Positions 60,316-64,000 of a DNA stretch of 64,000 nt are shown piece by piece. The stretch is from assembly GCA_964478195.1 (NCBI GenBank), contig CAYZGW010000002.1, forward strand, positions 1,109 to 65,108. Reading direction: 5' to 3'. The number at the start of each line of letters is the position of its first letter. Within the stretch, counting starts at the first letter, position 1. The position numbers were made by a program, and so were the translations under genes. This DNA comes from an uncultured Candidatus Saccharibacteria bacterium (GTDB taxonomy: Bacteria > Patescibacteriota > Saccharimonadia > Saccharimonadales > UBA4665). Under the pieces are notes generated by a model that searched no databases, had not been told where the DNA came from, and saw only the letters and a program-made list of their open reading frames with translations.

Positions 60316-61074
60316 ATGGGCGGACTCGTAGCACTACTTGTGATCGTGCTTATTGTCATTGCGAATGGAGTCAGAATCATCAACCAGTACGAACGGGGTG
60401 TGGTGTTTCGGCTAGGTAGAGTTCGTGATGGTGTTAAAGAGCCGGGCCTGCGGCTGATTATCCCAATCGTCGACCAAATGCGTAAAGTTAGTATGCAGAT
60501 TGTGACGTTACCTATTGATAGCCAAAAGATTATCACCAAAGACAATGTGTCAATTGATGTTGCCGCTGTTGCGTACTACCAAATTACCGACCCAACAAAA
60601 GCTGTTGTAGAAATCCAGAATGTGGTTTCAGCGATTTATCAAGTTGCTCAGACTACACTTCGTAATATTGTGGGCCAAAGCAGTCTTGACGACGTACTGG
60701 GCCAAACTGCCAAGATTAATGACGCGGTTAAAGACATTTTGGACGAGGCAACTGCCAAGTGGGGCGTCTATGTTTCGAGCGTGAATCTAAAGGATATCCA
60801 ACTACCTGATAGTATGCAGCGGGCTATGGCCAAGCAAGCCGAAGCAGAACGTGAAAAGCGGGCTAAGATTATTGCCGCTGAAGGTGAACAGTTAAGTGCG
60901 ACTAAGCTTGGCGAAGCGGCCGATATAATTGCGGCGCATCCGATTGCGTTGCAGCTACGTAACTTGCAGGTACTTTCGGATATCGCCGTTGAAAAGAATA
61001 GTACCATTGTGTTTCCAGCACAGTTTATGGACACGGTAAAATCAATTAAAGATTTTATGGCTAAAGAGCAGTAG
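60316..61074 (+). CDS. SPFH/Band 7 (stomatin-like, slipin) protein
   Basis: N-terminal [30 protein letters not shown], and an [17 protein letters not shown] coiled coil. Confidence 0.9.
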   Translation: MGGLVALLVIVLIVIANGVRIINQYERGVVFRLGRVRDGVKEPGLRLIIPIVDQMRKVSMQIVTLPIDSQKIITKDNVSIDVAAVAYYQITDPTKAVVEIQNVVSAIYQVAQTTLRNIVGQSSLDDVLGQTAKINDAVKDILDEATAKWGVYVSSVNLKDIQLPDSMQRAMAKQAEAEREKRAKIIAAEGEQLSATKLGEAADIIAAHPIALQLRNLQVLSDIAVEKNSTIVFPAQFMDTVKSIKDFMAKEQ

Positions 61075-61116
61075 AGTTCGTAGCAAGCTTCCCATATTTG
61101 CTATACTAAAAGTATC

Positions 61117-61509
61117 ATGACAGAACTAGCTGACTTTTTAGGACGATGGCGCTGCACCTATTGGTTCCCTAGTAATACGTTTGTGGGTGAAGAGCCCAGC
61201 CAATATACAATGGTAGCTCGCCAGGAAGGTGACGAGTTGGTGCTCGAAAGTGAGCCAAACGCAGAGAAGTCGCATTTGCTGGTTCGACTGACACTGCACG
61301 ATGACATTGCCAGCGGCACTTGGCACGAAATTACCTCGCCAACCGGGGAGTTTAAGGGCGCACTATACGACGGCAGCGGACAGCTAGTGATAGATGCTAA
61401 AACACATTTTATGGAAGGCAAGTGGGCTGGCGCGGGCTTTGACCGCAAGCTCCAGAAAAAGCGGATTTATAGTGGCAACTGGGAGATCGTCCCAATAACA
61501 GATAATTAA
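61117..61509 (+). CDS. Hypothetical protein
   Basis: 130-aa ORF, beta-rich. No recognised motif. Confidence 0.5.
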   Translation: MTELADFLGRWRCTYWFPSNTFVGEEPSQYTMVARQEGDELVLESEPNAEKSHLLVRLTLHDDIASGTWHEITSPTGEFKGALYDGSGQLVIDAKTHFMEGKWAGAGFDRKLQKKRIYSGNWEIVPITDN

Positions 61510-61512
61510 ACC

Positions 61513-62214
61513 ATGGCGAATACACAAGAAGTCGAACGGGCGAGCACTAGTACACTAAACTGGCTACGGGCAGCGGTACTTGGCGCTAATGACGGTATTG
61601 TGTCGGTTTCAAGCATTATTTTGGGTGTAGCCGGCGCCACTAGTGCACGGCACACTATTTTTATCGCTGGCCTTGCTGGTTTGGTGGCTGGTGCTTTTAG
61701 TATGGCGGTTGGTGAATATGTGTCTGTTAGTAGCCAGCGCGACACCGAACGGTCTTATATCCGGCGGGAAAAACGACGGCTGCGTGAACACCCAGAGCAT
61801 GAGCTGGAAGGTCTCGCTGCAGTATACGTAGAAAAAGGTCTTAGTCGTAAAACGGCCATGCAGGTAGCGCGTGAGCTAACAGCTGAGGATGCGCTAAAGG
61901 CGCATCTGGAGGCTGAGCTACAGCTTGATGAAGAGGATCTGAATAATCCGCTGCAAGCGGCACTTGCTTCTATGGTGGCATTTACCGCTGGCGCGCTTGT
62001 ACCTCTGGTTGCAATGCTGGCTGCATCAAAACAGACACGCGTAGCAGTGACGTTTGTGGCCGTTCTACTAGCGTTAACTATAACCGGCTATGCTAGTGCT
62101 ACAGTAGGGAGCGCTTCGAGAAAGCGCGCCATTTTGCGCGTAGTACTCGGTGGCGCGGCAGCTATGGCGGCCACGTATCTGGTAGGCCATTTGTTTGGTA
62201 CGGCCGTTAACTAG
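61513..62214 (+). CDS. VIT1/CCC1 family iron/manganese transporter
   Basis: LRAAVLGANDGIVSVSSIILGVAGA, an E-rich cytoplasmic helix region, and C-terminal TM helices. Confidence 0.85.
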   Translation: MANTQEVERASTSTLNWLRAAVLGANDGIVSVSSIILGVAGATSARHTIFIAGLAGLVAGAFSMAVGEYVSVSSQRDTERSYIRREKRRLREHPEHELEGLAAVYVEKGLSRKTAMQVARELTAEDALKAHLEAELQLDEEDLNNPLQAALASMVAFTAGALVPLVAMLAASKQTRVAVTFVAVLLALTITGYASATVGSASRKRAILRVVLGGAAAMAATYLVGHLFGTAVN

Positions 62215-62284
62215 TAGTACTCGCCAGCCCACCCCTTGTTTCCAGGGGTGTTTTACCGTAAAATACCCTTTGTCTTAGCAATAT

Positions 62285-62360
62285 GGCGCTTTAGCTCAGT
62301 TGGTAGAGCAGAGGCCTGAAGAGCCTTGTGTCCCCAGTTCGAGTCTGGGAGGCGCCACCA
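62285..62360 (+). tRNA. tRNA-Phe (anticodon GAA), CCA encoded
   Basis: GGCGCTT/AGGCGCC acceptor, GAGGC-CTGAAGA-GCCTT anticodon arm, CCCAG-TTCGAGT-CTGGG T arm. Confidence 0.95.
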
Positions 62361-62375
62361 AGATAGGATTTGTAG

Positions 62376-62399
62376 TAGCCGAGCTGAAGAGCTCGGCTA
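62376..62399 (+). terminator. Hairpin downstream of tRNA-Phe (possible terminator)
   Basis: TAGCCGAGCT gaag AGCTCGGCTA. The T-run (TTTTTT) is about 15 nt further on, so the terminator call is weak. Confidence 0.4.
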
Positions 62400-62516
62400 T
62401 ACCTGTTATTAGGGCCTTTTTTAGTTCTTTGACTTTCCTTGACATGATCCAAAAAGACGACTAGGGCAGGTCCGGTAGTGTGCCACTAGTTCAGGCGAAG
62501 ATCTGACTCATGCCGC

Positions 62517-64000
62517 TCATGGTGCGCCAACCATCTGTTTATCAAAATTCCGTAGCTCTACTTCCGACACGGTGCTGCGCGTTACGATGCCATTATTCAG
62601 CTCGACCTCGATAGCCGCTAGTAGCTCTTGCATGTCATCAAGATCACTGATTTCTTGTCTGGACACACTAAAGTGAAAACCACGGGACGTAGGTTTAAGC
62701 TGGATACCGTCTGGCGCACCATAAATCTTGACCCTAGAGCTGCTACCGCTCTCTTTCAGACTCTCGGCCAATCCGCTTACCACAGAAGCCTTGTGGAGTT
62801 TTAGTTCTTGACCTGTATCGTCCAAATCTGTGACGGTTCCCTCGACACCCATGTTACATGAGGTGAATACGACCTTTTTTATCCCAACGTCCTCATCAGG
62901 GTCATCAATACCTCTGCTTGGTTGCATCCATTCATCTACCATGCGAGCAAATCCACGCATATCGTCGATTGCAAAACCTTCAAAGCCCTTTTCGCTACCC
63001 AGTGTCTTGTTTATCTTGTCAACAAAGGTTCGGGTGTGAATCGTCGCGATGTCTATAGGGTGCTCCTGACCCTCAAAATCAGGCTTTCTAGAGACGATAA
63101 ACTGTCCAGGCGCGCTATGGGCAGCAGGAACAATAGTAGACGGCAGAATGTTTAGAGCGTGTAGTTTTTGCAATGATCTATACACATCTGTCAGGCTTTG
63201 AATTTCAAAAATGATTGTCCTCTTGTGTGCATCATCAATCTGTTCGGGTAGAGTGTGTAGTATGTTATTGTGATCACCCATTTTGTTACTTAGGATTACT
63301 ATAACGTCATGCTCTTGCAAGTATGCTATCTCTTCCGGGTCTCCTTGAGCTAACCGCGCCATACGTTCGAGCTGGTCAGGGCTATAGTCATTTAGGGCGC
63401 AGTTGCGAGAAAAATCACGTATGGTTGCCAATTCTTGTATGCCTATACTATTGATCTTATCGATGATATCCGCAGCCGAAAATTCCCAATCGAACCCCGT
63501 GTTGCGTGAAGCGGCAAACACGTAATCATCCGCGATTTCAGGATCGTCGATGTCCGTTGCACGTAGCACAATTTCGCGCATCCACTCTCGATTTATAGCC
63601 TGCTGTTCTCTATAGCGCGGCGGGTCATGTCGATCCCATTTTGAACTGACCTCGGCATAGTACATGTACTTTAATACATTACCGTTAACGAGTTGGTGGC
63701 GCATGGCTAGGGTATTTGCGTTGTCATCTACATGGGGCTGCAGTAGATCGGTGGGATGCTCCGTGCCGTACATGGCTTGGAGAAAATCTACAGCAGCTCC
63801 AATGCTACCAAAGGATGTCGATTGATCAGTAAGTACGTCATATACCGCTCGATGTAAAGACCCTTCCTCGTCCTCCGCAAAGAAAGCCTCACGTAGAGAC
63901 TCATCACTTAATGTAGTTTGAAAATGGGCTAACTCTTGGCTACTTTCAATTTTGCTCCTTGCAAACGAGTTATAAACTCGTACGGCCTGTCCTCTTAGGG
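62517..64000 (-). CDS. Large hypothetical protein, N-terminus outside the window (>494 aa)
   Basis: The minus-strand frame has no stop from 63774 to the window end and reads as protein (...SLREAFFAEDEEGSLHRAVYDVLTDQSTSFGSIGAAVDFLQAMYGTEHP...). The track ORF (Met at 63773) is therefore a truncation. Confidence 0.65.
   Translation of the reverse strand, partial: LRGQAVRVYNSFARSKIESSQELAHFQTTLSDESLREAFFAEDEEGSLHRAVYDVLTDQSTSFGSIGAAVDFLQAMYGTEHPTDLLQPHVDDNANTLAMRHQLVNGNVLKYMYYAEVSSKWDRHDPPRYREQQAINREWMREIVLRATDIDDPEIADDYVFAASRNTGFDWEFSAADIIDKINSIGIQELATIRDFSRNCALNDYSPDQLERMARLAQGDPEEIAYLQEHDVIVILSNKMGDHNNILHTLPEQIDDAHKRTIIFEIQSLTDVYRSLQKLHALNILPSTIVPAAHSAPGQFIVSRKPDFEGQEHPIDIATIHTRTFVDKINKTLGSEKGFEGFAIDDMRGFARMVDEWMQPSRGIDDPDEDVGIKKVVFTSCNMGVEGTVTDLDDTGQELKLHKASVVSGLAESLKESGSSSRVKIYGAPDGIQLKPTSRGFHFSVSRQEISDLDDMQELLAAIEVELNNGIVTRSTVSEVELRNFDKQMVGAP

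Noticed and set aside
1-64000. CRISPR arrays, rRNA genes, prophage or integrase genes, restriction-modification or other recognisable defence systems, and alternative genetic code
   Set aside because: I saw no regularly spaced direct repeats and no rRNA-like conserved stretches. I saw no integrase, terminase or capsid-like ORFs, and no Cas, RT, nuclease-helicase or methylase/endonuclease pairs. Long housekeeping ORFs are intact with TGA/TAA/TAG as stops, so code 11 fits.

Overview
This is a gene-dense 64-kb bacterial chromosome segment: about one gene per kb, frequent 1-4 nt gene overlaps, and the standard genetic code with no sign of stop-codon recoding. The gene content fits a Candidate Phyla Radiation / Saccharibacteria (TM7)-like episymbiont, but that taxonomic call is inference only. 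It rests on ComEC plus a type IV pilus cluster, a truncated TsaB, a lamin-tail-domain surface protein, scattered single peptidoglycan genes, very little biosynthetic metabolism and many small hypothetical genes. Recognisable content, in order: comEC (partial), a Crp-like regulator, an orphan receiver, yebC, and ruvC/ruvA/ruvB interrupted by three non-canonical genes. Next come a divergent PafA/Dop-family ligase homolog and a 9.4-kb type IV pilus cluster (pilB, pilC, pilA, minor pilins, pilM/N/O). After that are an IS200-type RAYT transposase flanked by REP-like hairpins, recA / mazG-like / recX, tsaE/tsaB, and rny-CYTH-ymdB. There are seven tRNAs (Pro-UGG, Pro-CGG, His, Arg-UCU, Gly-UCC, Val-CAC, Phe-GAA), all with encoded CCA, and rdgB. 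A surface-glycan cluster holds GH16, two paralogous unknown secreted proteins, a 3xCBM-CE4 deacetylase and a processive GT2 synthase. The rest includes mraY, an HTH-MurA fusion, glyA, murB, ddl, a trehalase/SemiSWEET/TrmB module, and SPFH and VIT1 proteins. The most interesting non-standard signals are: (i) two homologous, structured, promoter-bearing ~175-nt elements immediately 5' of tRNA-Pro and tRNA-His, a candidate undescribed tRNA-linked ncRNA family; (ii) an orphan, degenerate Pup-ligase-family gene; (iii) an XRE-HTH domain fused to MurA; (iv) a RAYT/REP unit; (v) a tandem paralog pair with leaderless-type promoters inside the ruv operon; (vi) uncharacterised large proteins in a tRNA-rich accessory zone (a SLOG-like/PGDYG-like protein, an ATP-grasp pair, and a terminal protein with a possible His/Cys dyad); (vii) a C39-like peptidase gene frameshifted at a G-run. 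I saw no CRISPR array, rRNA, prophage or recognisable defence system.
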